From Anthoceros angustus (lineage: Eukaryota > Plantae > Anthocerotophyta): a stretch of 64,000 bases of DNA. The stretch is from positions 372,001-436,000 of the forward strand of contig VJWM01000119.1 of NCBI GenBank assembly GCA_010909165.1, written 5' to 3'. Both the position numbers and the translations under genes were made by a program. Of the stretch, positions 24,925 through 35,261 are shown piece by piece (the first letter of the stretch is position 1; every line of letters starts with the position of its first letter). The notes beneath the pieces were generated by a model. That model did not search any database. It was not told the origin of the DNA and saw only the letters and a program-made list of their open reading frames with translations.

Positions 24925-25525
24925 TGAGGGGTGCGATTCGAGAGAAGCGGCATGGAACGGCAGCGGCACACCCGTCCGTCGATTGGATCGACGGCGGTGA
25001 GCGTTGGGATGCGGTCCGATCATGGTGAGATTGGAAGAACAAACACACATACCAAGGGCAAGGAAGCGGCCGACGAAGAATGGCGGAAGGCGGAGACATC
25101 GAGATCGGCCGGCAGGTGCATAGAACGGGTAGTGGCGGCGCAACCCTGCGTGTTGCCAATGGTGTGCGGTGATTATGCGTGCGTGGACACCTCGATTTCT
25201 TGTACACGGGGTGTAGGGTGTGCATGAGAGAGGCGGCATGGAACGGCGGCACACCCGTCCGGTTGGATCCCCACAGGCGGTGAGCGTTGGGATGCGGTCC
25301 GATCATGGTGAGATTGGAAGAACAAACTTGCACATACCAAGGCAAGAGAAGGAGGAAGCGGCCGAAGAATGGCGGAAGGGCGGAGACATCGGACGGCGGC
25401 GGTGGTGCATAGAACGGGTAGTGGCGGCGCCATGGCGGCCCGGTGTTGTTCGGGCCAATGGTGTGCGTGATTATCGTGCGTGGACACCTCCGTTTTCTTG
25501 TACACGGGGTGTAGGGTGTGATTAT
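24925..25525. repeat. Two imperfect tandem copies of a ~290-bp unit
   Basis: GCGGCATGGAACGGC...GATCATGGTGAGATTGGAAGAACAAAC...TCTTGTACACGGGGTGTAGGGTGTG occurs twice. Confidence 0.8.
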
Positions 25526-25784
25526 GCGGCGGGGCGGCGACTTCTTACACGCAAGTGTGATGGATGGAGAGGGAAAGAGCTGCGTGCAGTGCGCGTGCTC
25601 GGCCGATGGCGGCGGCGGTGGCAGCTGCTTTTGCTGCACATCCTTGGAATGGAAGCGGAGGAGTTTGCCTCGCGGTGGCTAGTGGAAGCGCCGAGGAGGT
25701 GGTGCGGAATGCGGGAGGACTTTCAGTGCGACGATAACACAGTAGAGAGAAAGGGACGGTTGTCGTCCGGTAGTGCCGTCTTGA

Positions 25785-28700
25785 GGAGGTGAAGATCCGG
25801 TGGACAAAGGGCAAGGCGGGGCGGGGCGGTGGCCAGCGGCATGGCCGTTGTGGAGCAGGCGGAGGAGGAGGAGGCTTGGAGTGGCATGGATGACGGGAGG
25901 GCGTTGGAGGCGGTGTCGGAGGTGCGGCGAGGGAAGGGTCTAGGAAAACCTACACGTTCTTGTTGCTATTTTGCTTGCTATGCGATCACGTTATGAGCTT
26001 GCCATGGTGTGCGATGAGTGGCAATGGTAATATCTGGCGGTGGCGGCGGGGGGCACTGCCTCCCCATGGCGAGGCGGAAACCCCAAATAATGGAAACCCC
26101 AAATCATGATTGTGAATAGTGATGTGTTTTGGGCGATCAGTATACGCTCACTAGTGTCATGTGAAGAGGACAGAGTTGGCGGTTAAGGACACGAACATAA
26201 GGAGGCGAAAAGGGTTGACAAAGCCGAGAGACAAAATTTTATGGTTGCCATCCGGTCTGCGATCGAGCGGGGTGGTGGACAATTGGAGTTCATGATCGGC
26301 GGTGGCGGCGGGCCGCACGGCACTGCACGCCATTTGCAGACACTGCATGCAGGGCAAATTCGGGGGACCGTTAAATGGGCGGCCCGAATCGGGCCATGGC
26401 AGCCAGAGACAACGGCAGACCTCTTTGCGAAATAGGAACCCCAGGTTGCGAGGACACGCGGAGTCGCCAACGTCGACACCGAGGCAGCCAGCCAGGAAGT
26501 GCATCGCAATTGGAAAGTAGGGAGCGTAGAAGGGCGCGGAAGGGGGGGAGTGAAGAAAAAAGGGCACCTCGGGCGTGGAAGGCGGCGATGCGGAGGAGGC
26601 GGATCGCGGTGGTGGCAACAGCGGGGAGGCGGGGCGGCGGGCCGAGCCATGGTGGAGGCCACGCTCCCTATTCCGCTGCCGGCGATGGCGGTGGCGAGCA
26701 TTGGGGCGGGGCGCCATGGCGGCAGCGGCGAGAGGCGGCGCGGCGAGGGGAGGCGGGGCGGGGAGCACTCTGCCTCCCCATGGAGAAGGAGGCGGGGGAT
26801 GGCGCCTCCCGGCGATGGCGGCGGCAGTGCGGGGCCCCATCTTGAGGCGGGGCGGGGGGCATGCCCTCCCCATGGCGATGGAGGCAGGCGGGGAGGGCAG
26901 TCGCCTCCGCCCTCAAGGAAAGGGGCTGGCCTCCCGGCCATGGCGGCGGCAGCGGCGGGCGGGGAGCACTGCCTCCCCATGGAGAAGGAGGCGGGGCGGG
27001 GCGCCTCCCCGCCGATGGCGGCGGTGCAGGCCCAGGCGGCAGGCGCGGGGAGGCATGCCTCCCCATGGCGAGGCGGGGCGGGGAGGCGGGGCGCCTCAGC
27101 CCTCGAAGGAAAGGGGCTGGCCTCCCCTCGCGATAGTGGCGGCAGAGGCGGCGGGGCGGGCGGGCGGGGGGCACTCGCCTCCCCATGGCGATGGCGGGGA
27201 GGCGGGGCGCCTCGCCTCTCGAGCAGGGGCGGGGAGGCACTGCCTCCCCATGGCGGAGACGGAGGCGGGGGCGATGAGGCGGGGCGGAGGCGAGGCGCCC
27301 GCCCTCGAACGGGGGCTGGCCTCCCCATGGCGGCGGAGGCAGCAGGCGCGGGCGGCGGGACGGGAGGAGGCACTCGCCTCCCCATGGCGAGGCGGGGCGG
27401 GGAGGAGGCGGGGCGCCTCGCCCTCGAACGGGGCAGGGCCTCCCCAGCGAGGCAGGCAGCGGGGCGGCAGGGACAGCGGGGAGGAGGCACTGCCTCCCCA
27501 TGGCGATGGAGGCGGGGGAGGCGGGGCGCCTCGCCTCTCGAAAGGGTGGCCTCCCGGCGATGGTGGCGGCGGGAGGCGGGGGACCCAGCGAAGGCGCGGG
27601 GAGGGCGCCCGCCTCCCCATGGTGATGGAGGTGGCGGTGGGCTCGGCGGAGCTGCGGAGGAGGCAGAGGCGGGTTGCCCTCCCCACGCGATGGCGGGGCG
27701 CCCGCCGCCGAGGCCGAGGGGAGGCGGGGAGCATGGCGCGCCGAGGAAGGCAACCCCGCCTTTGGGGCGGGGTCGTTGAGGGCAGCGAGGAGGCGATTGC
27801 CGCCGCCGCCGCCGGCCGAGGAGGTGAAGATCCGGTGGACAAAGGGCAAGGAAGCGGGCAGAGGCGGGGGCGGGGATGGCGGTGGGAGCGGAGGCGGAGG
27901 AGGAGGAGGCTTGGGTGGCATGGATGACGGGAGGACGTTGGAGGCGGTGTCGGAGGTGCGACGCGAGGAAGGGTCTAGGAAAACCTACACGCTTGTTGCT
28001 ATTTTGCTTGCTATGCGATCAGTTATGAGCTTGCCATGGTGTGTGAGTGGCAATGGTAGTAATATCTGGCGGTGGCGGTGGCGGAGGCGGCGCCATGGCG
28101 GCAGGCGGAAACCCCAAATAATGGAAACCCCAAATCATGATTGTGAATAGTGATGTGTTTTGGGCGAGTATACGCCCACCGCGAGTGTCATGAAGAGGGA
28201 GTTGGCGGTTATGACACGAACATAAGGAGGGTTGACAAAGCTGAGAGACAAAATTTTATGGTTGCCATCCTGCCGCAGCCGAGGGTGGTGGACAATTGGA
28301 GTTCATGATCGGCGGTGGCGGTGCACGCAGACTACCGCACGCCATTTGCAGACATCGCATGCAAATTGGGGACGATGGCGGCCCGACCGGGCCATGGCGA
28401 CCAGAGACAACGGAACCTCTTTGAAATAGGAACCCGGTTGCGAGGACACGGAGTCGCCAACGTCGACACCGAGGCAGCCGGAAGTGCATCGCAATTGGAA
28501 AGTAGGGAGCGAGGCGAAGGGGAGTGAAGAAAAAGGGCACCTCGGGCGTGGAAGGGCTAAACGATGAGGAGGCGGATCGCGGTGGCGGCAAGCGGGGAGG
28601 CGGAGGCGACGCGACGCGGAGCCATGGTGGAGGCCACGCTATTCTGCCGCCGACGATGGCGGTGGCGGCATTGAGGAGCGCCATGGCGGCAGAGAGGGGC

Positions 28701-30060
28701 GCGGCGCGGCGAGGGGGGGGAGGGCACTCTGCCTCCCCATGGAGAAGGAGGCGGGGCGGATGAGGCGCCCGGCGATGGAGGCGGCAGGCAGCGGGGCCCC
28801 ATGCAGGGCGGGGAGGGGCGGCGCCTCCCCATGGCGATGGAGACGGAGGCGGAGGGCGAGCGCCCGCCTCAAGGAAAGGGGCGGCGGCGCCTCCCCGCCA
28901 TGGAGGCGGCATGGCGGCGGGGAGGGCACGCCTCCCCATGGAGAAGGCGGGGGCGGGGGAGGCGCCTCCCCCGATGGAGGCGGAGCGGCAGTGCGGGGCC
29001 CTGCAGGGGCGCAGCGGGGAGGGCATGCCCTCCCCATGGCGGCGGAGGCGGGCGGGAGGGCGAGGCGGCGGGAGGCGGAAGGGGCAGCCTCCCCATGGTG
29101 ATGGCGGCGCGGCGGGGCTGTGCGGCGGGAGGGAGACTGCCTCCCCATGGCGATGGAGGCGGGAGGCGGGGCGCCCGCCTCTCGAACGGCGCGGGCCTCC
29201 CCCGATGGTGGCGGCAGGGGCCCCAGCAGCAGTGGGGAGGGCACTGCCTCCCCATGGCGATGGAGGCGGGGCGGAGGCAGGCGCCCGCCTCTCGAGCAGG
29301 GGCAGCCTCCCCTCGGCGGAGGCGCAGGCCCGCGGCGGCGGGACGGGAGGCCTCCCCATGGCGATGGAGGCGGGGAGGCGGCGCCCTCCTCGAACGGGCG
29401 GGCTGTGGCCTCTCAGCGATGGAGGCAGGCGCGGGCGGGGCGAGGAGGGGAGGGCACTCGCCTCCCCATGGCGAGGCGGGGCGGGAGGCGAGGCGCCCGC
29501 CTCGAAGGAAAGGGGCAGGCCTCCCCTCGATGGAGGCGGCGGTGGGAGCGGGGACCCAGGCGGGCGGGCGGGGAGGGCACTCCCCATGGTGATGGAGGTG
29601 TGGCTCGAGCGGAGGAGCTGGAGGAGACGGGGGGTTGCCTCCCCAGCGCGATGGCGGGGAGGAGGCACTCGCCTCTCGAGCGGAGGAGGCGGAGGCGGAG
29701 CATGGCGCCGAGGAGGAAGGCAACCCCGCCTTTGGGGACGGCGGGTCGTTGAGGACGCGAAGGAGGCGATTGCCGCCGCGCCGCCGCCGAGCCGAGGGGA
29801 GGAGGGATGGCGCAGTGCCTCACGCCGCGCCCGAGCCGGAGGCCGAGCTCGGCATGGCGCGGTGCCATGTCTGCCGCCGCCATGCCCGAGCCGGAGGTGG
29901 AGCATGGTGGCGGCATCGCGATGTTGCCGCCGAGACCGAGGCCGACGGAGCCTAGCGATGGCGGAACGAGGCGGGGATGAAGCGGCCGTCTTTGGGAGCG
30001 GAGGAGGCGATTGCCGCCGCCGAGCCGGAGGCGGGTTGCCCTCCCCAGCGATGGCGGCAG
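25785..30060. repeat. ~2-kb imperfect tandem duplication with a G-rich minisatellite (core GCCTCCCCATGGCGATGGAGGCGG)
   Basis: 25785-26700 matches 27820-28690 (GAGGTGAAGATCCGGTGGACAAAGGGCAAGG, GGAAACCCCAAATAATGGAAACCCCAAATCATG). CTCCCCATGG repeats many times in 26770-27620 and 28730-29590. Confidence 0.85.
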
Positions 30061-31179
30061 GGGCGGCGGGGCGGGCGAGGCGCCTCCGGTTGAGAAAAGC
30101 GTTTATGGGAGGAATAACCAGTTCCATCGGTGGAGCATCTCGGCGTGGGCGGAAGCGCGGATTAAGAGGCTCGGGAGGCGAGGCTGCGGAGGAGGCGGGG
30201 CGGCTGCCGCGAGCTCACGCAGCGGTGGAGGGAGCATCGGCGGCACCGTGGGAGGAGGAGGAGGAGGAGGAGCAGCGGCGGCGGTGGCGGAGGCGGAGGC
30301 CATGTCGGAAGAAGAAGGAGGCGGAGTGCGGCTCCAACTCGCGGAGGCGAGCACAAGGGGAGGCGCGACTACGAGAGTCGGACACGGTGTCGGAGTGGAA
30401 GCCCGGCGGGTGCCTCCGACGCCCAATCCCGGACGCTGCGGAGGAGGCGACCAGCGGCGGAGGAGGCGATGAACCGCGGAATGCTCGGCCGTCGAGGCCA
30501 TGGAGGGCACAATTAAGGTTCTCCGGCAGATGATGAAGCGCATGGAGGACGAGGGGAAGTAGGCGGCGTCGTCATCCCTTGTGCTCAGAGTTGCATCACC
30601 AGCGCTGTTAGGTTTTTTGCATAGGGGGCCGAAGCATGCGCCTTAGGAGGCCGCGGTAGGAGATAGGGTTGGATGCTAGCTGTGCAATTTTGCGATGTGT
30701 GCAGTGGACATCCTTTTTTGATCAATGCAATGGCAGCCCTTCGCTGAAAATTTCGGCGCTTTGCACGGCGCCTATCCGTTCTTGGCGAGGTTGTTGGGTA
30801 GGCGGCGGTGGTGGTGTGGGTTCTTGCCGGCTTACTAATTCGCGGGTGGAAGAAAGCAGTGAGAGCAAGTCAAGTCGGTTGAGCCGGATCATGAGTTTTG
30901 AAGACCACCGATGCATCTGGCGTTGAATGTGGTTGTAGAAAATGGGAAGGACTTTCAAAGTGGGGTGTGTTTGTGGACCGAACCTTGTGGATGGGGGTTT
31001 TGCGAGCCGCTCGCTCATCTAACATGAAAGGCAATGATCAGCAAGGCGTCGAGAGGTGCATCAAAGCCACCCTTACAGGGAAGGAAGCCGGTGCAAGAGG
31101 ATGTGTTAGCTGCCACATAGGTGGGGAACGATGTGGCGAGGAGGAATGGCTGACCCTAACAGGATGACCGTTGTTTGAG

Positions 31180-32570
31180 TCCCGCAGGCTTGTGCGAATG
31201 TACGCACCCTAGGTGCGGAGAAGGGGAGACGGCTGCATCTGCAGGTGACGAAAAGAGACTGGATAGCGATGTGTTTGTGCCCACCACTGTGGTGAATATG
31301 TATGCCAAGTGTGGGAGAATGGAGGACGCTTAGGGAGTGACGTTGTCGCGAAGAGAAATTATGGCGGGAATTCTCTCGTGACACCTCACTGTGGTGGGAT
31401 GAAAGGCAAAATCCGCGTGTGAGATAGATAGGGCAAGCAGGCCATCCACCTATACCATTCGATGCGCAGTGGAGTGCACACGCAAATGCCCATGTGTTTG
31501 TGGGAGGTGGGCGGAGTGTGCAAGGGCATCCGATAAGAAAATGGGTACTAGGGCATGCAGTTTATTACTTGATGCGGACAGGTTTACATGCGACTTAAAG
31601 TGTGGTGAACATGTATGGAATGTGTGGCGATTGGGGGCGGACAATCGAATGGCAGCCTACACGGAAGAAAGTGGTGACATGAACGCTTTCATAGCACCAT
31701 AACTGAGGAAGGTATGGGGCGAATACCACAGGCTACAACCACCGGAGCCATGGGTGTCCCATGCATGATGACATGTGTGGCACTTGGTGGGTTGTGCGTG
31801 TGGGCCGCCTCTGGAGAAGGGCGGCTCCATCTGACGAGGAAAAGAGAGCATGAAGACCATGTATACGTGCCAAAGCAGTTTGGTGGATATGTATGCCAAG
31901 TGTGGCGAGAATGGAGGACGTCGACATCGACGTTGTCGCCAGGAAACATGGTGGCAACAATTTTAGTGGTGGCCCCTCACTGTGGAGGAATGAAAAGCCA
32001 AAATGTGCTTGTAACCAGGGGAGAGGACAATCAGGCCATACAGCTGTTACAACGGACGTGGAGGTCGAGTGCAAACCCACATGCCCATATGTTTGAGGAA
32101 GGTCTTCAGGCTGGTGGAAGGGAATGCGATATGAAATCTGGGCAGCAGGTGCTTGCTGCTTTGTTAGGTAGTGGCGTGGAACCAGATTCCCATGTGTCTA
32201 CCGTCGGTGAACATATATTGAAAGTGTGGCGTAATGGAGGAATGACAACCAAGAGCGTAATAATGTGGTGACATGGATCGCTTTGATTGCGACATATTCT
32301 CGTGAAGGTGAGGGGTAGACAACCGTGCATCATCGATGGTATGCAAGATGAAGCCATGGTATACGTAATTGCATGATGCCAGGTGCCTCGCATGCTTGCG
32401 CGAGTGTAGGCACCCGGCTCGGAGAAGGGGAGCCGACCACGGTGTCAGAAAAGAGGACATGATGGCAATGTGTTTGTGCCGACCATTGTGGTGAATATGT
32501 ATGCCAAGGGTGGCGATTGGAGGATCGATGAGTGTTTCATAGACTTGGTCGAGGATGTGGTTACCTAGAC
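31180..32570 (+). pseudogene. Degenerate PLS-class pentatricopeptide-repeat (PPR) gene inside the transposon
   Basis: ACANVRTL..EKGRRLHLQV / LDSDVFVPTTVVNMYAKCGRMEDA; LVDMYAKCG; QAIQLLQ...GQQVLAALLGSGVEPDSHV; GNVFVPTIVVNMYAKGG...DVVT. These are classic L/S motif pieces (ACA..GxxxH...GLxSDVFVxxxLVxMYAKCGxxEDA). Confidence 0.8.
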
Positions 32571-33197
32571 TTGCATAATAGGAGGGAATTCACCACCGTG
32601 TGTGCGTGTGACCCTTCATGTATACCGTGATATGGAAGAATAAGGCATGGGTCTACCCACCGGTCACCCATCCCTCTTCCATCGTGGAGGTGGATCTCGC
32701 TAGAACGTGTTTCGGGCAACGCGTGTACCCTAAACCCTACAAACAAGAATCCATTGTCCCTAGATAAGAAGACACGGACACGCCCGCGAGCGTGTGCAGG
32801 GTTCGCAAATGATGGCCGTGCCGTCGGCCTCGGCCGTCATTGCCTTGCAAGCCCATGGCCGGGGCTGACGAAGGGTTTGGCAACCAGATTGGTGCGGCCT
32901 GCGCGGCGGGCGGGTTAGGGTTTGCCGGGCATGGGATAGCATCGAAGAAAACTTAATGGCAGGAGGAAGTGTAGAAAACTTGAAAACATAGTTTCCCGGT
33001 CCCGGCTCTTTGTTTTCAAAGTTGGAAGGACAAAACATTTAAACCAAACTTAGGGTTTGGGGACCTAAAAGTGTGTGTCCCTTTGGTGCTTGGCGCTCTT
33101 GGTTAGGGCGCCAAAGCGGCCATGTGGGCATGTGCTCAAAAAGAAACCGTCTTTGGAATGTAGGGTATATTCCTCAACATCCCCACGCCTTGCATGG

Positions 33198-33250
33198 GTT
33201 TCGCGAAAAAAAAAATGTCCCATCCCCTCTGTCCCCTTTGGTATGCCATA
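33198..33250 (-). repeat. Right terminal inverted repeat
   Basis: Imperfect reverse complement of 3486-3539, ending ...CTTTGGTATGCCATA. Confidence 0.92.
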
Positions 33251-33256
33251 CATCCA
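33251..33256. repeat. Right target-site duplication CATCCA
   Basis: Matches 3480-3485. Confidence 0.85.
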
Positions 33257-33642
33257 TAGCACTAAAGTATAATAATTTCCCACTTTCACTTTATATTTAC
33301 AGCTGAGCTACTCAACTCATTCACCTATATATTGAAGAAAGAAAATAATTATAAAAACATTAAGATCTATTTAAATTATTATATACCTATATTTTGGTAG
33401 TTGATTACAAAGTAATAATCAACCAAAGTTTCCCAATATTTTATATAGCCACTCTAAAGGATTAGTCATCAAAAGTATTTGCTAGTCCAGGAATTGCTAG
33501 TCTAGGAAATAGGGCTTCTAGGGACTATTTGTCCCTTATTTGCACTTATTCGTTCTCCTAATATGAAGTGGTTCGCACTAAAAAGATCAAAAGTATATAA
33601 GATCAAAGATCAATGGACCACTCTTGTAGACTGCCGCTTGCA

Positions 33643-33855
33643 ATCAGTGATGTAGATTAGCATAGCTCTATGTTGCTTTAGTTGTCTCTTTTTGGGAGGC
33701 TTGCTCCCTCCTCATCAGTGATGTAGATTAGCATAGCTCTCTGTTGCTTTAGTTGTCTCTTTTTGGGAGGCTTGCTCCCTCCTCATCAGTGATGTAGATT
33801 AGCATAGCTCTCTGTTGCTTTAGTTGTCTCTTTTTGGGAGGCTTGCTCCCTCCTC
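33643..33855. repeat. 71-bp tandem repeat, 3 copies
   Basis: ATCAGTGATGTAGATTAGCATAGCTCT...GCTCCCTCCTC starts at 33643, 33714 and 33785. Confidence 0.95.
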
Positions 33856-34039
33856 TCAGGCTTCTAGAAGAGTGTTTTCTTATTTGAGCTATAGTAAGAT
33901 CCACGAGATATTCAACAACAAAAAAAATTTATGTAAGGAGCAATCTTGTGTTACTGCTCCTCTAAATTCAAAGCATCCATTCAACATTTATACTTGCCCT
34001 AGGCTGCGCGATACATGTAGTATACGTACAAATATATAA

Positions 34040-34220
34040 TTGTTGCACACAGTTGATTCGTTGAACATCGAAGCTCCTATTTAAACTTGCTTAGCAAAAT
34101 TGTTGTAGGGGTAGCCTAGGAGAGGCTACCCCTAAGACGCATGCACGTCCCTCTAAAATCCAGAGCTGCGATCTTGTCCAGCTCGTCGCCCATGATATAT
34201 ACTTGGCAATCTTGTCATCC
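34040..34220 (-). pseudogene. 3' remnant of an F-box gene
   Basis: TTGAACATCGAAGCTCCTATTTAAACTTGCTT...GCGATCTTGTCCAGCTCGTCG closely resembles 2197-2390. Confidence 0.6.
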
Positions 34221-34436
34221 TGCCATTATGCCATCTTGGCAATCTTGCTCGTCCTATGTTCTTTGTGGACCAATCGGGAATGTCGACAGCATGCTTTCAG
34301 ACTAAAACAATCCAGCATAATATGTAGGCTAAACAACACAAATTAAGCATGCGCATGGCACAAGCAACAAACAAGTAGGCTGCATGTAATCTAAAAATAG
34401 GAGCATGAAATCAAAGAACACACGCAAATTCTCTTC

Positions 34437-34880
34437 AACTGGCAGCCAATTAGTCTGCTAAATGCGCTGTACAAACTAATTATCAAGACTTTGTTTAATC
34501 GTATTCAGTCTGAAATGCATGGGTGGATAGGGTCAGGTCACCGGGGGTTCATCAAGCGCAGATGTATTTTAGACAGTCTTCTCTTGGTGAGGGAAGCCAA
34601 ATGGTGGATATCTCAACAATGCACTCCTACCATTCTCATATCTCTGGATTTCGAGAAGGCTTATGATGCGGTTGAGTGGCCTTTCTTGTCTAGGTTTCTT
34701 CATCAGTTCGGCTTTGGTCCCAACTTTTGCAGATGGGTCTCCATTACGTCGCAAGATGTGGGGGCTAGGGTTGCAGTTAATGGTGACATTACCTCGAGGT
34801 TTCCAATTGGTAGGTCCGTTCGCCAACGCTGCCCTCTTGCCCCAGCCCTGTTCACCATTATCACTGATTTTCTTATGTGG
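34437..34880 (+). mobile_element. LINE (L1-like) reverse transcriptase fragment
   Basis: WQPISLLNALYKLIIK...GFIKRR.ILD...LDFEKAYDAVEWPFL...FGFG..F.RWV...VNG...VRQRCPLAPALF. These are non-LTR RT motifs, truncated before the YADD motif. Confidence 0.9.
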
Positions 34881-35261
34881 AAAAGGAAATGCTGTAAGCG
34901 CCAAATTGCGGCAACTCTGTGGGACTTCCAAATGTCATAACAGCCCTATAAGGGAGAGCCAGAGCCTTAACTCTAGAGGTAGGAGCACACCACTTGCACA
35001 CCTTGAGGACACGCTGAAAGCTGGCCTAGATGGAATTCCAAAGTGGGGAGCTCCTAGAAACAGCAAAATTATTCGACCATCTCCAACTCATGTCTTGTAC
35101 TGGCAACTAGAAAGGTGCTCTGGCAGTGGGCCCCGGCGATACATGTGCAGACTCGTCCGGAAAAGCTTATCCCCATGATTGCATTCAGGAAGGTGGTTGC
35201 CCGACCTAACTACCTCGAGAATCAGCACCAGCTGCTCTCTTCTCTTGTTGTCCTGGGCAAA

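Larger units (their letters stand above)
3486..33250 (-). mobile_element. Giant (29,765 bp as assembled) IS3EU-like DDE DNA transposon carrying HECT and PPR cargo
   Basis: TIRs match at 27 of the first 28 nt and continue imperfectly to about 50 bp. Termini are TAT..ATA with a 6-bp TSD. There is an internal rve-type DDE integrase, and a GC-rich interior between AT-rich flanks. Confidence 0.85.

Noticed and set aside
26157-30533. Long ORFs (up to 623 aa) in GC-rich tracts, also at 3740-8350 and 13567-16710
   Set aside because: They are open in most frames on both strands with Arg/Gly/Pro/Ala-dominated composition. This reflects stop-codon scarcity in low-complexity repeats.
3478-33258. Reading the ends as a 10-bp (MULE-like) or 8-bp (hAT/Zisupton-like) TSD
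   Set aside because: TACATCCATA and ACATCCAT are formally also duplicated because the target overlaps the TAT/ATA termini. However, the inverted repeat extends fully to TAT..ATA and the encoded enzyme is an integrase-core type, which fits a 6-bp TSD.
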